Source: Deltaproteobacteria bacterium
GTDB lineage: Bacteria > Bdellovibrionota > JAJCYS01
DNA: 64,000 nt
Assembly (NCBI GenBank): GCA_029262815.1
Contig: JAJCYS010000016.1
Location: forward strand, 411 to 64,410
Direction of reading: 5' to 3'
Shown one piece after another: positions 31,604 to 41,598 of the stretch. Both the position numbers and the translations under genes were made by a program. The stretch's first letter is position 1; every line of letters starts with the position of its first letter. The notes beneath the pieces are model-generated. The model ran no database searches, was not told the origin of the DNA, and saw only the letters and a list, made by a program, of their open reading frames with translations.

Positions 31604-32953
31604 TTGAAGAAAAAACAAAAAATATTCGCATTCGACGCCAATGTCATTTTATCTGACGCCCAGTGCTTCACGAAATTTGGACCGAGTCGCATCGTAGTCC
31701 CGATGATCGTGCTTGAGGAAATTGATAAATTCAAACATGAAATGACAGAGACGGGCCGAAATGCTCGGCATTTCAGTCGAGCCATGGATGGCCTACGTAA
31801 AAAAGGCGATCTCGCCAAAGGCGTGATGGTCAGCGATCAGGGGGGGTTACTTTCGATCGAGTTGTTTCCCGACGATATTCCGAGTTCGGTAAATTTTTTA
31901 GATATCTCAAAAGCCGACAATCAAATTTTAACCACATGTTTGGCGCTACAAAAAACAAATCCGAAGCAAGAAGTCATCCTTATCACCAAAGACATTAACC
32001 TACGAGTGAAAGCAGATGCACTGGGCCTACCCTCTGAGGACTATGATCCGTTACACGTCACCATCGAAGAATTATATTCAGGCGTACGGTATTTTGACGT
32101 AAGCGAAGAGATTGTAGATACGTTCTACACCGAAAAAAAAGTTAAAATCCCAGAGGCCACCTTTGGCGCCAATCAGTATATTATTTTGCGTAATATTGAA
32201 AACCCCAGCCATACGGCAATAGGCCGGTACCACGAAGAGCAAGAAGCTATCGTTTCCCTTATTTCGTCTAGTGAGGGAATTTGGGGGATTCATCCCAAAA
32301 ATGTGGAACAGTCTTTTGCCTTTGACATGTTGATGGACGAATCTATCCAACTCGTTACCATGGTTGGCAAAGCAGGAACGGGTAAAACCTTGCTTGCGAT
32401 TGCTGCGGGGTTAGCCCTCACGTTAGATGATGGCATTTATAAAAAGATGTTGGTTTCGAGACCGATTTTTCCTTTGGGTCGAGATATTGGATATTTACCG
32501 GGGGAGATCGAGGAGAAGCTCAATCCTTGGATGCAGCCGATTTTTGATAATTTGGATTTTATTTTAAGTATGGGGACGGAGCGATTTATTCACCGGCCTA
32601 CTAAACGGACGCCGGGTCGGGGATCGCAAGAATTAATTACTCAAGGCCTGATAGCGATTGAGCCGTTGACATATATTCGAGGACGAAGCATTCCTCAGCA
32701 ATATATTATTATTGATGAAGCACAAAACTTAACACCTCATGAGATTAAAACTATTATTACGCGGGCTGGCGAGAACACAAAAATTGTACTCACGGGAGAC
32801 TGTTATCAAATTGACAACCCGTATGTGGACAGTGCCAATAACGGGTTGGCCTATGTGGTGGAACGGTTTAAAAATCAGCGGATCGCAGGTCATGTGACGT
32901 TGCAAAAAGGGGAGCGATCTACACTCTCGGAAATCGCCACCCAACTGTTGTAA
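31604..32953 (+). CDS. PhoH family protein with N-terminal PIN domain (PhoH2/YlaK-like)
   Basis: PIN motifs DANV, EEID, DN.IL, TKDINLR; GKAGTGKT; IIIDEAQN. Confidence 0.9.
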   Translation: MKKKQKIFAFDANVILSDAQCFTKFGPSRIVVPMIVLEEIDKFKHEMTETGRNARHFSRAMDGLRKKGDLAKGVMVSDQGGLLSIELFPDDIPSSVNFLDISKADNQILTTCLALQKTNPKQEVILITKDINLRVKADALGLPSEDYDPLHVTIEELYSGVRYFDVSEEIVDTFYTEKKVKIPEATFGANQYIILRNIENPSHTAIGRYHEEQEAIVSLISSSEGIWGIHPKNVEQSFAFDMLMDESIQLVTMVGKAGTGKTLLAIAAGLALTLDDGIYKKMLVSRPIFPLGRDIGYLPGEIEEKLNPWMQPIFDNLDFILSMGTERFIHRPTKRTPGRGSQELITQGLIAIEPLTYIRGRSIPQQYIIIDEAQNLTPHEIKTIITRAGENTKIVLTGDCYQIDNPYVDSANNGLAYVVERFKNQRIAGHVTLQKGERSTLSEIATQLL

Positions 32954-33025
32954 AATTGGCTGCAAAACATGTGAGCTGCGTTCTCGATCTTTTGTTTTTT
33001 AAAAAGTTCTTGTCATTGACAGGTA

Positions 33026-33061
33026 TGGATTCCCGCTCACGCTGCGCATGTCAGGAATGAC
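33026..33061. repeat. REP-like extragenic element, second copy
   Basis: TGGATTCCCGCTCAC...GGAATGAC, similar to 20663-20698. Confidence 0.65.
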
Positions 33062-33107
33062 AAATTAGGGATGACATCTCTATTGTTAATAGGGAAAATT
33101 GAGTGAA

Positions 33108-33358
33108 AAGCATGTGAGCAAGGCCGTAGATTTAACCCTCCCGGAGGTGACCCAGTGGGTCATCGGCACCGATACATGTGCTACGGGTTCTCATGCTTGT
33201 TTATGGAAATAGAGTCGTATTCATTAATTACTTTGTCATGAGATCAAGCGAAGTCTGCAACATCAAGGCCGCAGATAAAAAATGCACGGAGGTGACCTGT
33301 ACAGGTCATCGAGTACGTTTTTTATTGAGAACGCTGAAGGTGCAGATTGCAGCTGATC
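33108..33358. repeat. Two adjacent related palindromic elements (33108-33198, 33242-33358)
   Basis: Both carry CAAGGCCGYAGAT ... GGAGGTGACC-loop-GGTCATCG with complementary flanks. Confidence 0.65.
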
Positions 33359-33390
33359 GGAATAAAAGTAATTAATGAATACGACTCTAC

Positions 33391-34152
33391 CTAGTGGATG
33401 GTGTCGTCTGAGGATTGATCATCCTTCCAACCCTTCTTCTTACGTTTCGTATTGTCGACGATCACTTTAAGCCGGGATTTTAATTTGTCACGTTCCTTTT
33501 GATATCGCCACAATGCTACTTTGTGCTTTAGGGTGCCCATTCGAAGATAGAGATAGCCTGCGAGCATCCCGCCTAAGTGGGCTAGATGCGCGATTCCGTC
33601 TTGGGTTTGTGAAATGCTGTAGAAAACTTCAATTCCGCCGATGATCAGTACGGCTGTGCGGGCCCGCATGGGAAAGATAAAAAAGAACAGAATCATCCGC
33701 TCCCCAAAGAGTAAAGCATAGGCCATAAGGATGCCGTAAATAGCTCCTGAAGCACCAATCGTGGGGATGTAGGGTTGTGCGCCATCTGCAAAGAAAATAT
33801 AGGTGGTTAGCACATGAAAAAGGCCGGAGCCGACCCCACAGGCGAAGAAAAATTTGAGAAACATAGCTTTGGACCATCGTTGACACAATTCAGAGCCAAA
33901 CATCCAAAAAGCGAGCATATTAAAGAGTAGGTGGGTGAGATTGCCATGAAAGAAAAGGTAGGTGACCAGTTGCCATATAGCGCCGAAGCTAACTACTTTA
34001 TGGGGTACTAATCCGAACCATGGGTGGATGACGCTGGCGTTGCCGGATCCCAAGAGTCTGGAGAGGAAGAATTCAGCCAAAAAACAGCCGACAAAGATCC
34101 AGTTCATTTTTTTGATCAAGGGGGGCGTTACAATTTTCATATTCATTTGCAT
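33391..34152 (-). CDS. Rhomboid family intramembrane serine protease
   Basis: WQLVTYLFFH..HLLFNM, IGASGA catalytic Ser, AHLAHLGG. Confidence 0.92.
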   Translation of the reverse strand: MQMNMKIVTPPLIKKMNWIFVGCFLAEFFLSRLLGSGNASVIHPWFGLVPHKVVSFGAIWQLVTYLFFHGNLTHLLFNMLAFWMFGSELCQRWSKAMFLKFFFACGVGSGLFHVLTTYIFFADGAQPYIPTIGASGAIYGILMAYALLFGERMILFFFIFPMRARTAVLIIGGIEVFYSISQTQDGIAHLAHLGGMLAGYLYLRMGTLKHKVALWRYQKERDKLKSRLKVIVDNTKRKKKGWKDDQSSDDTIH

Positions 34153-34278
34153 AGCTCCATCTTAAGGGAATCAGGCCGATACGTGGCCAAAAAGTTCACG
34201 ATGACCCTTTGGGTCCGGTAAGACAAAGGCTGTTCTTTAGGGCTAGAGGAACTCTTAGAAGTAGGGGATGATAATAGA

Positions 34279-34312
34279 CAAGGTCGGCGAAGGGGGGACT
34301 TCACCGACCTTG
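34279..34312 (-). terminator. Hairpin 3' of the outer-membrane protein gene (terminator or mRNA stabiliser)
   Basis: CAAGGTCGGCGAAG / CTTCACCGACCTTG near-perfect stem; no clear U-tract. Confidence 0.45.
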
Positions 34313-34339
34313 AGAGGGGAATGGAAAGCTTTTTTAAAC

Positions 34340-35200
34340 TTAGATTGTAAAAGCTAACTCTAGCTCGGAGTACATATGTCCGAAAGTAAAAGGCGTTCCG
34401 AATGTCTTCATAGCTTCTGTGTACCATCCGAGAGCAATGCTATCGGTAATACTGTAAGCTACGTATAATTTAGTACCCATACCTAGGCTCAAGTTTCCAA
34501 TTGAGTTTACACCTTGGAAAAATGTAGGCGCAAGATCAACCAAGAAGCCATTTGATGCAAAGTAACCATGTACTTCAAGAGAGTTATGGAAAATTGTTTT
34601 TCCACCACTGATTACTTGAATAGCATTACCATCTTTATCTTTGGCAGCTGCAATCGCAAGCGCGTTATTCGCTTTTGTGTATAGATCCACTTTTGCTTCG
34701 TCACGGAACATGACACCAAATGTTTCACTTAGTGGCAAAGTCACATCAAAACGACCAAAAAATCGTGTTCTTTTGGTTGCACGAGCTTGTGGCTCAAGAC
34801 GTAGGGTCAACTTTGAACCCACGAGATCCGTATCCAAGATACCGGTTCTTTCAGCAAACAAACGAATCTGGTCTAAATCAAATCGGTTTCCTTTGGCAAG
34901 TGCAACTTTAGATTTATTCAGAATGTGAGCACGTACCTTTACACCTAGTTTCCAGGCATCATCTGGTTTCCAAGTAAAAATGGCCATGATTTGCTCTGAA
35001 CTTGCATCCATCAACTTTGCTTTCGAAGCTTTATCAAATGATCCAAATGTAGCATTACCGTTAACGGCAATCGTTACATTCCAACTCTTAGGAGATGCTT
35101 CTACTTCTTCAGCCAATGATGTGCCTTGAGCAAATGCAGTACCTAATGAAAATACAACCGCTAGGGCTGTCGCTAAAACTGTTAATTTTAAATTCTTCAT
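34340..35200 (-). CDS. Putative outer-membrane beta-barrel protein
   Basis: GGAGGG RBS, signal peptide (AFA-Q), amphipathic strands, C-terminal ELAFTI. Confidence 0.6.
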   Translation of the reverse strand: MKNLKLTVLATALAVVFSLGTAFAQGTSLAEEVEASPKSWNVTIAVNGNATFGSFDKASKAKLMDASSEQIMAIFTWKPDDAWKLGVKVRAHILNKSKVALAKGNRFDLDQIRLFAERTGILDTDLVGSKLTLRLEPQARATKRTRFFGRFDVTLPLSETFGVMFRDEAKVDLYTKANNALAIAAAKDKDGNAIQVISGGKTIFHNSLEVHGYFASNGFLVDLAPTFFQGVNSIGNLSLGMGTKLYVAYSITDSIALGWYTEAMKTFGTPFTFGHMYSELELAFTI

Positions 35201-35384
35201 GTAATCCCTCCGAATTTATAAAAATCCACGTGTCCGGCCAATCCGGACGTTACAGCAGAACTGGACTAAACCAACTTTTTGCTGTTGTGTCAATAAAAAA
35301 AATCTAATGATGTGAATCAAATGATGGAAATCTTTTAATGCTTTTAATTGTATACTATACTAGTTTAATAAGTCAACTTAATAT

Positions 35385-36644
35385 TTAATTAAAAATCCTT
35401 AGTAATTCATTGTACTTAGATGTTCTATCCGTCCTACAAGGTGCACCAGATTTGAGCCATCCTGCACCTGAACCAGTCACCAAATGGGCAATAAATGGGT
35501 CCTCTGTTTCACCACTTCGGTGGCTCACGACAGTTTGAAAGTTAGATGCAAATGCTTGATTCATGGTTTCCGCAGTTTCACTAATGGTGCCTATTTGGTT
35601 GATTTTAATCAGAATTGCATTGCAGTTCCCCCCATCTATAGCGCGTTTTAGACGTTTTGGGTGGGTTACAAGCAGATCATCACCCACAACCATAACATGA
35701 GGATGGCTCTCTTTGAGCCCATCCGTAAAGCGTTTCCAGCTGTCCCAATCATCTTCTTGAAGCGCATCTTCAAACGAAATCAAGGCCGGAAATTGCTCTA
35801 ACAGGTCATTATACTTCTCTATCAAGGCATCTGAGGTCATAGGCGGGAACTCTTGATGCAAAAGGTACTTCTCATCCTCAAAAAACTCATTCGAAGCTGA
35901 ATCTAAGGCCAAATACACCTCTGTCCCCAATTGATATCCAGCCTGCGTCGTCGCTTCCGATATAATGCTCAAAGCCTCTTGTTCGTCAGCTAAATTGGGT
36001 GCAAAGCCCCCCTCATCCCCGACATTCGTACTATAGCCCTCTTGCTTCAACAGACGCTTCAAATGATGATAGATCTCAGCACCTGCCCGGATCCGATCCC
36101 CCATAGAGGCTTCATCCGACAACCTGGGACAAACCATAAACTCCTGAATCTGAATCCCATTATCCGCATGCTTGCCACCGTTAATCACATTCATCATCGG
36201 AATAGGTGTTATTAAGGGTCGGTCCTTAAAGTAGGTCTCATGCAAATACTCAAATAAAGGCTTTTGGGCAACACTCGCAGCTGCTCTGTGCATCGCCATC
36301 GATAAAGGAAGGAGCGTATTAGCCCCAAACTTGGACTTGTTCTCTGTCCCATCTTCAGCAATCAGCCACCGATCAAAGGCTTCAGGGGACTCAAATGGCT
36401 CTGCAAACAGTTTCGACGTCAAAGTCTTAAGATGACCCAAACAGGCCCGCACCCCTTTGCCTAAATACCGTTTTTCTTCACCGTCCCGTAACTCTAAAGC
36501 TTCATGTGATCCTGTTGACGCACCAGAAGGGACAGACGCACGTACCCATTGCCCAGAAACCTGTAAATCCACCTCAACCGTCGGATATCCTCTAGAATCC
36601 AAGATCTCTCGCGCTGATAACCCTTCAATTTTTAATGCCATCAT
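35385..36644 (-). CDS. eno: Enolase
   Basis: REILDSRGYPTVEV, VPSGASTG, VGDEGGFAP, SHRSGETED. Confidence 0.97.
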   Translation of the reverse strand: MMALKIEGLSAREILDSRGYPTVEVDLQVSGQWVRASVPSGASTGSHEALELRDGEEKRYLGKGVRACLGHLKTLTSKLFAEPFESPEAFDRWLIAEDGTENKSKFGANTLLPLSMAMHRAAASVAQKPLFEYLHETYFKDRPLITPIPMMNVINGGKHADNGIQIQEFMVCPRLSDEASMGDRIRAGAEIYHHLKRLLKQEGYSTNVGDEGGFAPNLADEQEALSIISEATTQAGYQLGTEVYLALDSASNEFFEDEKYLLHQEFPPMTSDALIEKYNDLLEQFPALISFEDALQEDDWDSWKRFTDGLKESHPHVMVVGDDLLVTHPKRLKRAIDGGNCNAILIKINQIGTISETAETMNQAFASNFQTVVSHRSGETEDPFIAHLVTGSGAGWLKSGAPCRTDRTSKYNELLRIFN

Positions 36645-36784
36645 CTCTCCCAGTTCCAGCCATTGTACCCTATATATTAAAGACCTCAGTCAACTCTCCT
36701 CTCTATAAGTACCTGGTAAACCTTCCTTTTAAATAAATAATTACTGTTTATATCTAACTCAGATTAACCGATAAGATAGCACGT

Positions 36785-37855
36785 ATGAGTAGCAAATCAT
36801 TTCCCATGACTCTACTATTAATAGGCCTGGTGTGTGGCGGATGGGCTTACGGGGCACGTATGACCCCGTGGGGGCTTAAAATCGCCTCTGTGCCTCAAGC
36901 TTGGCAAATCACCCGAGGAACAGAGGACGTGGTGGTAGCAGTCATCGACACAGGCATTGATGTCACGCATCCTGATCTCAAGCACAGCCTTTGGGTGAAT
37001 CCGGGCGAGATCCCCGGCAATCGAAAAGATGACGACCGAAACGGCTATATAGATGATGTCCATGGTTGGAATTTTGTGAACCGAAATGGCAACCTAACGG
37101 ATCATAATGGGCATGGAACCCATGTGGCTGGTATCATCGCCAGCAAAAAGACTGGCGTTGCCCCTAAAGTAAAAATCTTAACCCTCAAATACTACGCAGC
37201 AGATAAAGATAACCTTAAGCGCACCATACAAGCCTTCGAGTATGTGGCCAAAAGCCCCTATAAGATCCACATGGTTAATATTTCAGCAGGCGGCCGGCAT
37301 TACAGCTCAGATGAATATCGTGCCATCCAAAAGCTTGAAGCCAAAGGGGTTTTGATCATCGCAGCTGCCGGAAACGAAGGAATCAAAGACCTGAAGTTTT
37401 ACCCTGCAGCTTACCCTCTCAAGAACATTATCTCTGTTGCATCCATTTCACGAGGTCCTGGCTCTGCGGGTATTGGGGATCTTCTCCCCAGCTCCAACTA
37501 CGGTAAACGAGTCACCATCGCGGCTGGTGGTCACCGAATTCGGAGTACCACCCCACGGGGATATGGCAGCCTCACCGGAACCTCTCAGGCAACACCACAT
37601 GTGAGTGGTACAGCCGCCCTGATGCTCTCGGTTGCACGATCTCTCACCCCCGAACAGGTCCGTTTTATTGTAAGGACTTACGCCAAACCGGTTCGGCATT
37701 TAATTGGCAAAGTAGCAGCTGGCGGGATGCTCAATGCGTATCGAGCCGTCAAGCAAGCCGGGCTCATTCAATATGAAATTCTCAAAACGTTTTACTCCAA
37801 AAGTTTCGGAGGACCCCAAATCGTCACCCAACAAACCGACTTCTTTACTTTCTAA
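36785..37855 (+). CDS. Secreted subtilisin-like serine protease (S8)
   Basis: Catalytic triad motifs VIDTG, HGTHVAG, GTSQATPHV; oxyanion AAGN. Confidence 0.92.
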   Translation: MSSKSFPMTLLLIGLVCGGWAYGARMTPWGLKIASVPQAWQITRGTEDVVVAVIDTGIDVTHPDLKHSLWVNPGEIPGNRKDDDRNGYIDDVHGWNFVNRNGNLTDHNGHGTHVAGIIASKKTGVAPKVKILTLKYYAADKDNLKRTIQAFEYVAKSPYKIHMVNISAGGRHYSSDEYRAIQKLEAKGVLIIAAAGNEGIKDLKFYPAAYPLKNIISVASISRGPGSAGIGDLLPSSNYGKRVTIAAGGHRIRSTTPRGYGSLTGTSQATPHVSGTAALMLSVARSLTPEQVRFIVRTYAKPVRHLIGKVAAGGMLNAYRAVKQAGLIQYEILKTFYSKSFGGPQIVTQQTDFFTF

Positions 37856-37876
37856 CCTTCTCAACTAACAAATACC

Positions 37877-37985
37877 AAATTGGGATGAGCACAATAAGGA
37901 TCGGCGGTTTACGCATCCAGCTGCTGAGCTTAGCCATCCTGGCCGCGCAAGCCACCGCCTCACACTTATTAACTCATTCCAATTT
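37877..37985. other. Long imperfect hairpin (~109 nt)
   Basis: Nested complementary blocks AAATTGGGATGAG/CTCATTCCAATTT, AATAAG/CTTATT, GGCGGT/ACCGCC. Confidence 0.6.
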
Positions 37986-38009
37986 TCAGCTCTTGGATTC
38001 AAAAATTCA

Positions 38010-38116
38010 GGATGATTCAAAAAGGACATGCTCGATGGACCTTGTAGGTGCATGGAAGCACCTACAGCCTCATGGATGAGTTCAGTCCAGAAAAGTGTGT
38101 CCTTTTTGAATCATCC
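38010..38116. mobile_element. MITE-like palindromic element with 19-bp terminal inverted repeats
   Basis: GGATGATTCAAAAAGGACA / TGTCCTTTTTGAATCATCC; internal 9-bp stem TGTAGGTGC/GCACCTACA. Confidence 0.6.
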
Positions 38117-38153
38117 GAAATGAGCAAAATATTAGGGGAAGGGGAGTAGCTCG

Positions 38154-38492
38154 TTAACCTGGGGGCCAGGTCAGACTACGTCCTGCTAAGATGTGCAAAT
38201 GTAAATGATCGACGGTTTGCCCCGCATCCCGTCCATTATTAATCACCACACGGTACCCTTTTAGCCCAGCTTGCTCAGCCATTTGGCCACATTGCCACAT
38301 CAAATGACCCAGTAGCGCTGCATGATTTTCCTTTGCATCGGATAAACTCGCGATAGGCTCTTTGGGAATCACCAACACATGAAAGGGCGCCTGTGGATTA
38401 ATATCCTTAATAACAATGCAGTGCTCATCTTCATGGAGCCGCTCTGCTGGAATTTCTCCCTCGATGATTTTAGAAAATAGTGTTTTTTCCAT
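38154..38492 (-). CDS. Histidine triad nucleotide-binding protein
   Basis: DINPQAPFHVLVIPK, GQTVDHLHLH. Confidence 0.93.
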   Translation of the reverse strand: MEKTLFSKIIEGEIPAERLHEDEHCIVIKDINPQAPFHVLVIPKEPIASLSDAKENHAALLGHLMWQCGQMAEQAGLKGYRVVINNGRDAGQTVDHLHLHILAGRSLTWPPG

Positions 38493-38604
38493 AATTCATA
38501 TCCCCCTGCACTTTCAACTTTACACCATCTCCCCAAAGGTTGCCTCTGTCAATAAAGAGAGACTATTTCACGTAACTTCAAATTGGGAGTACACTAAGAG
38601 ACCC

Positions 38605-39981
38605 ATGGGTAAAAAAACACCATTCATCTGCCAATCTTGTCACGAAAGTTTCCCCAAATGGTTTGGAAAGTGCCCCAACTGCAATGCTTGGCACAGTATC
38701 CACGAGAATAAATCTGAATCTTCAAACTCAAAAACAGGGGCTAATTTTCAACTCACAGCCCTAGGTAACTTGGACTCTGAAGCCAACACCTCCTTCTCTT
38801 CCGGTTTTATCGAACTGGATCGCGCCTTAGGAGGCGGCATTGTCCCGGGTAGCGTTTCTCTCATCGGTGGAGAACCCGGCATTGGCAAATCAACATTGAT
38901 GCTTCAAATGGCCGCTGCTTTAACGAAAAAAAAGCTAACCACGCTCTATTTCACCGCTGAAGAATCTCTCACGCAACTCAAACGCCGCGCAGAACGATGC
39001 GGCATCACCTCAGACAGCTTGCTTGTGTCAAATGGCTCTACCCTCGAATACGTTCGCACCATGGTTGAGACCCATCATCCAAAAGTCCTAATCTGCGATA
39101 GCATCCAAGTCATGAGCTCAACCAATCTTTCGGGCATTGCAGGCTCTATTACTCAGTTACGGGAGGTCAGCGCTGAGTTGATCCAACTGGCAAAAACCAA
39201 ACAAATGGCTCTATTTCTCGTAGGCCATATCACAAAAGATGGTCAAATCGCCGGTCCAAAACTTCTGGAACATGCGGTTGATACCGTCCTCTATTTTGAA
39301 CATACCCACTCTGATCAAATCCGTGTCCTCAGAGCTCACAAAAACCGATTCGGCCCTACTTTCGAAGTAGGTATTTTTGAAATGCAAGGCCAAGGACTCA
39401 AGGATGCCACAGACGCCTCTACTTTGTTTGTTCATCCGTACGAACACCCGCGTATCGGCAGTGTGTTTTACCCTTCTATTCAAGGATCACGCCCCCTAAT
39501 TTCTGAAGTCCAAGCCTTATGCAGCCCCTGCCAGTTTGGCGCACCCAGACGACAAGGCCTGGGCACCGACAACTCTCGGGTAGCGTTATTGGCTGCCATT
39601 ATCGAAAAACACGTTGGACTAAAACTTTCTTCACAAGATATTTTTGTCAATATAGTAGGCGGCGTCGTTGACAAAGACCCAGCTTTGGATTTAGCTGTGG
39701 CTTTGAGCCTTATCTCAAGTTTCATGCAACGAAGCTTACCTAAAGATATTGTCGTCTGCGGTGAATGTGGATTATCAGGAGAAGTTCGACGCGCCGCTCA
39801 ATTGAGCGCTCGTTTGAAAGAAGCGCGTGCACTTGCTCTGAGTCCCATCCTGATCCCTCACGCGCAACTCAAAGAAAATCCCGCTAAAGGCACCTTAGGT
39901 ATCCGACATGTTTCAGAATTATTAGGTTTTCTTGAAGCACCAAAGAAAACCCTTCGATCAGCTGCCTCAAAAAGAATTTAG
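38605..39981 (+). CDS. radA: DNA repair protein RadA/Sms
   Basis: CxxC..KWFGKCPNC zinc finger, GEPGIGKST, KNRFG; true start at MGKK (38605). Confidence 0.96.
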   Translation: MGKKTPFICQSCHESFPKWFGKCPNCNAWHSIHENKSESSNSKTGANFQLTALGNLDSEANTSFSSGFIELDRALGGGIVPGSVSLIGGEPGIGKSTLMLQMAAALTKKKLTTLYFTAEESLTQLKRRAERCGITSDSLLVSNGSTLEYVRTMVETHHPKVLICDSIQVMSSTNLSGIAGSITQLREVSAELIQLAKTKQMALFLVGHITKDGQIAGPKLLEHAVDTVLYFEHTHSDQIRVLRAHKNRFGPTFEVGIFEMQGQGLKDATDASTLFVHPYEHPRIGSVFYPSIQGSRPLISEVQALCSPCQFGAPRRQGLGTDNSRVALLAAIIEKHVGLKLSSQDIFVNIVGGVVDKDPALDLAVALSLISSFMQRSLPKDIVVCGECGLSGEVRRAAQLSARLKEARALALSPILIPHAQLKENPAKGTLGIRHVSELLGFLEAPKKTLRSAASKRI

Positions 39982-39992
39982 GACCGTTATCT

Positions 39993-40214
39993 CTACTGCG
40001 GCGCAAGCGGGCAGGGTTTCTCCTCCGGATCCACAGGACGACAATTAGGACATCCTTTTGCAACATAGGTTGAGAGCACACACCACACATCAAAAATACC
40101 TATATTGGCTTTCTTTCGATCATTGATGATCACAGCCAAAAACCCAACAACAAAAATCGTCAACAGAACAAACTCGACCATACTCTGGGCACGGCTTTTT
40201 TTTTGAGATAGCAC
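39993..40214 (-). CDS. Flp/TadE-like small pilin
   Basis: KSRAQSMVEFVLL prepilin-type motif followed by a hydrophobic helix. Confidence 0.55.
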   Translation of the reverse strand: MLSQKKSRAQSMVEFVLLTIFVVGFLAVIINDRKKANIGIFDVWCVLSTYVAKGCPNCRPVDPEEKPCPLAPQ

Positions 40215-40285
40215 TAATATCTATTATAGACTAGAATGACGGGTTGCAAGAGGAGCCATTTACCTAGGAGGTTTGGATCAGTTCC

Positions 40286-41560
40286 TTGTTTATAACTGAA
40301 GCTATTATCTTATTTTTATGTATTGGACTATCCGGCTTCTTCTCAGGTGCTGAAGCAGCCATTCTCTCGATTCGATCTCATAAAATCAAAGCCCTGTCAG
40401 ATGCTAGCGAGTACAACAGAAAGCTGTTTAAACTTTGGCTCGAAAATCCCAATCAAGTGCTAACCACTATCTTGATCGGAAACAACTTAGCCAATATTTC
40501 CGCAACCGCACTTTCGGTCCGCGTGGCGGATACGTTGATCCCAAACAACGCGCTTGCCGTGTCAATTGGAATTATGACTTGCCTCATTTTATTCTTTGGA
40601 GAAATTGTTCCTAAAACTTTTGCAAAGAACTATGCCGAGCCCTTCAGTATTTTCGCTTTACGCATTCTTGTATGGCTCCATTGGATATTTCGTCCCATCG
40701 TCATCCCTGTGACTCGCATGACCCGGAAGTTAATCGAAGCCTCAGGTGGTCAGGTGGTTCGAGCCGGCCCCATGATTACAGAACAAGATTTCATGCACTA
40801 TTTGGATTTAGCACAACGATCTGGCGCCCTTGACCGCGAAGAAGGGGAGATGATTGTCTCCGCACTCCAATTCAATGAGAAACTTGTCAAAGATGTGATG
40901 GTCCCACGAAATGAGGTAACCATTATTCCTACTGACATCACCTATGCTCAGCTTGTTAGCACATTGAGACGGTACAAACATTCTCGATATCCAGTTTATT
41001 TTCAAAGCATGGACCATATCATCGGCGTCATCCATGTAAAAGACGTCCTCTCAATTGGTGATATTACCAGCTCATTTTCAATCTACAGATATTTAAGGCA
41101 ACCTTATTTTGTGAGCGAGTATCGGCCAATCGACAAAGTTTTTCGTGAGATGAAAATCAAAAAATCTCATCTGGCTATCGTGAAAGATGAAAACAACCAG
41201 TTCACAGGCATCATCACAATGGAAGATATTCTTGAAGAACTCGTTGGAGAAATCAGTGATGAGCATGATGTGGATGCCTCTATAGTCACCGTCAATGAAC
41301 GTTTTATGGAAATCTCCGGCAAAACCACCATACTTGAACTCGAGAAAAGCATGAACGTCCAACTTCCGAAATCCCCTGCCTATTCCAATTTAAACGGCTT
41401 TCTACTCTATTTAACCGCGGGCGAACTCCCAAAAGAAAATACTCGCTTGATTTTTGGGCAGTTGGAGTTTATTGTTCTTAAAACCGACGGACGAAGTTTT
41501 ATAGAGCAAATTCGGGTCAAAAAACACGACTACGATTTTAATCCTTCTGAATCGTCTTAG
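40286..41560 (+). CDS. CNNM/CBS-domain protein (HlyC/CorC, hemolysin family)
   Basis: FFSGAEAA, TILIGNN, FGEIVPKT, CBS pair, MEDILEELVGEISDE. Confidence 0.92.
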   Translation: MFITEAIILFLCIGLSGFFSGAEAAILSIRSHKIKALSDASEYNRKLFKLWLENPNQVLTTILIGNNLANISATALSVRVADTLIPNNALAVSIGIMTCLILFFGEIVPKTFAKNYAEPFSIFALRILVWLHWIFRPIVIPVTRMTRKLIEASGGQVVRAGPMITEQDFMHYLDLAQRSGALDREEGEMIVSALQFNEKLVKDVMVPRNEVTIIPTDITYAQLVSTLRRYKHSRYPVYFQSMDHIIGVIHVKDVLSIGDITSSFSIYRYLRQPYFVSEYRPIDKVFREMKIKKSHLAIVKDENNQFTGIITMEDILEELVGEISDEHDVDASIVTVNERFMEISGKTTILELEKSMNVQLPKSPAYSNLNGFLLYLTAGELPKENTRLIFGQLEFIVLKTDGRSFIEQIRVKKHDYDFNPSESS

Positions 41561-41598
41561 GGTATCACTGATCGTTTGGTAAACTGAGGGACAAGGCC

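Noticed and set aside
33026-33358. CRISPR array
   Set aside because: Only two degenerate units, no regular repeat-spacer period and no cas genes; no CRISPR array, tRNA or rRNA was recognised anywhere in the window
37877-37985. SRP (4.5S) RNA
   Set aside because: The minus strand has CAGG...AGCAGC, but the spacing and GNRA tetraloop of the SRP domain IV consensus are not met
38416-38604. 63-aa N-terminal extension of RadA
   Set aside because: Overlaps the divergent HIT gene; RadA normally starts just before the zinc finger (38605)
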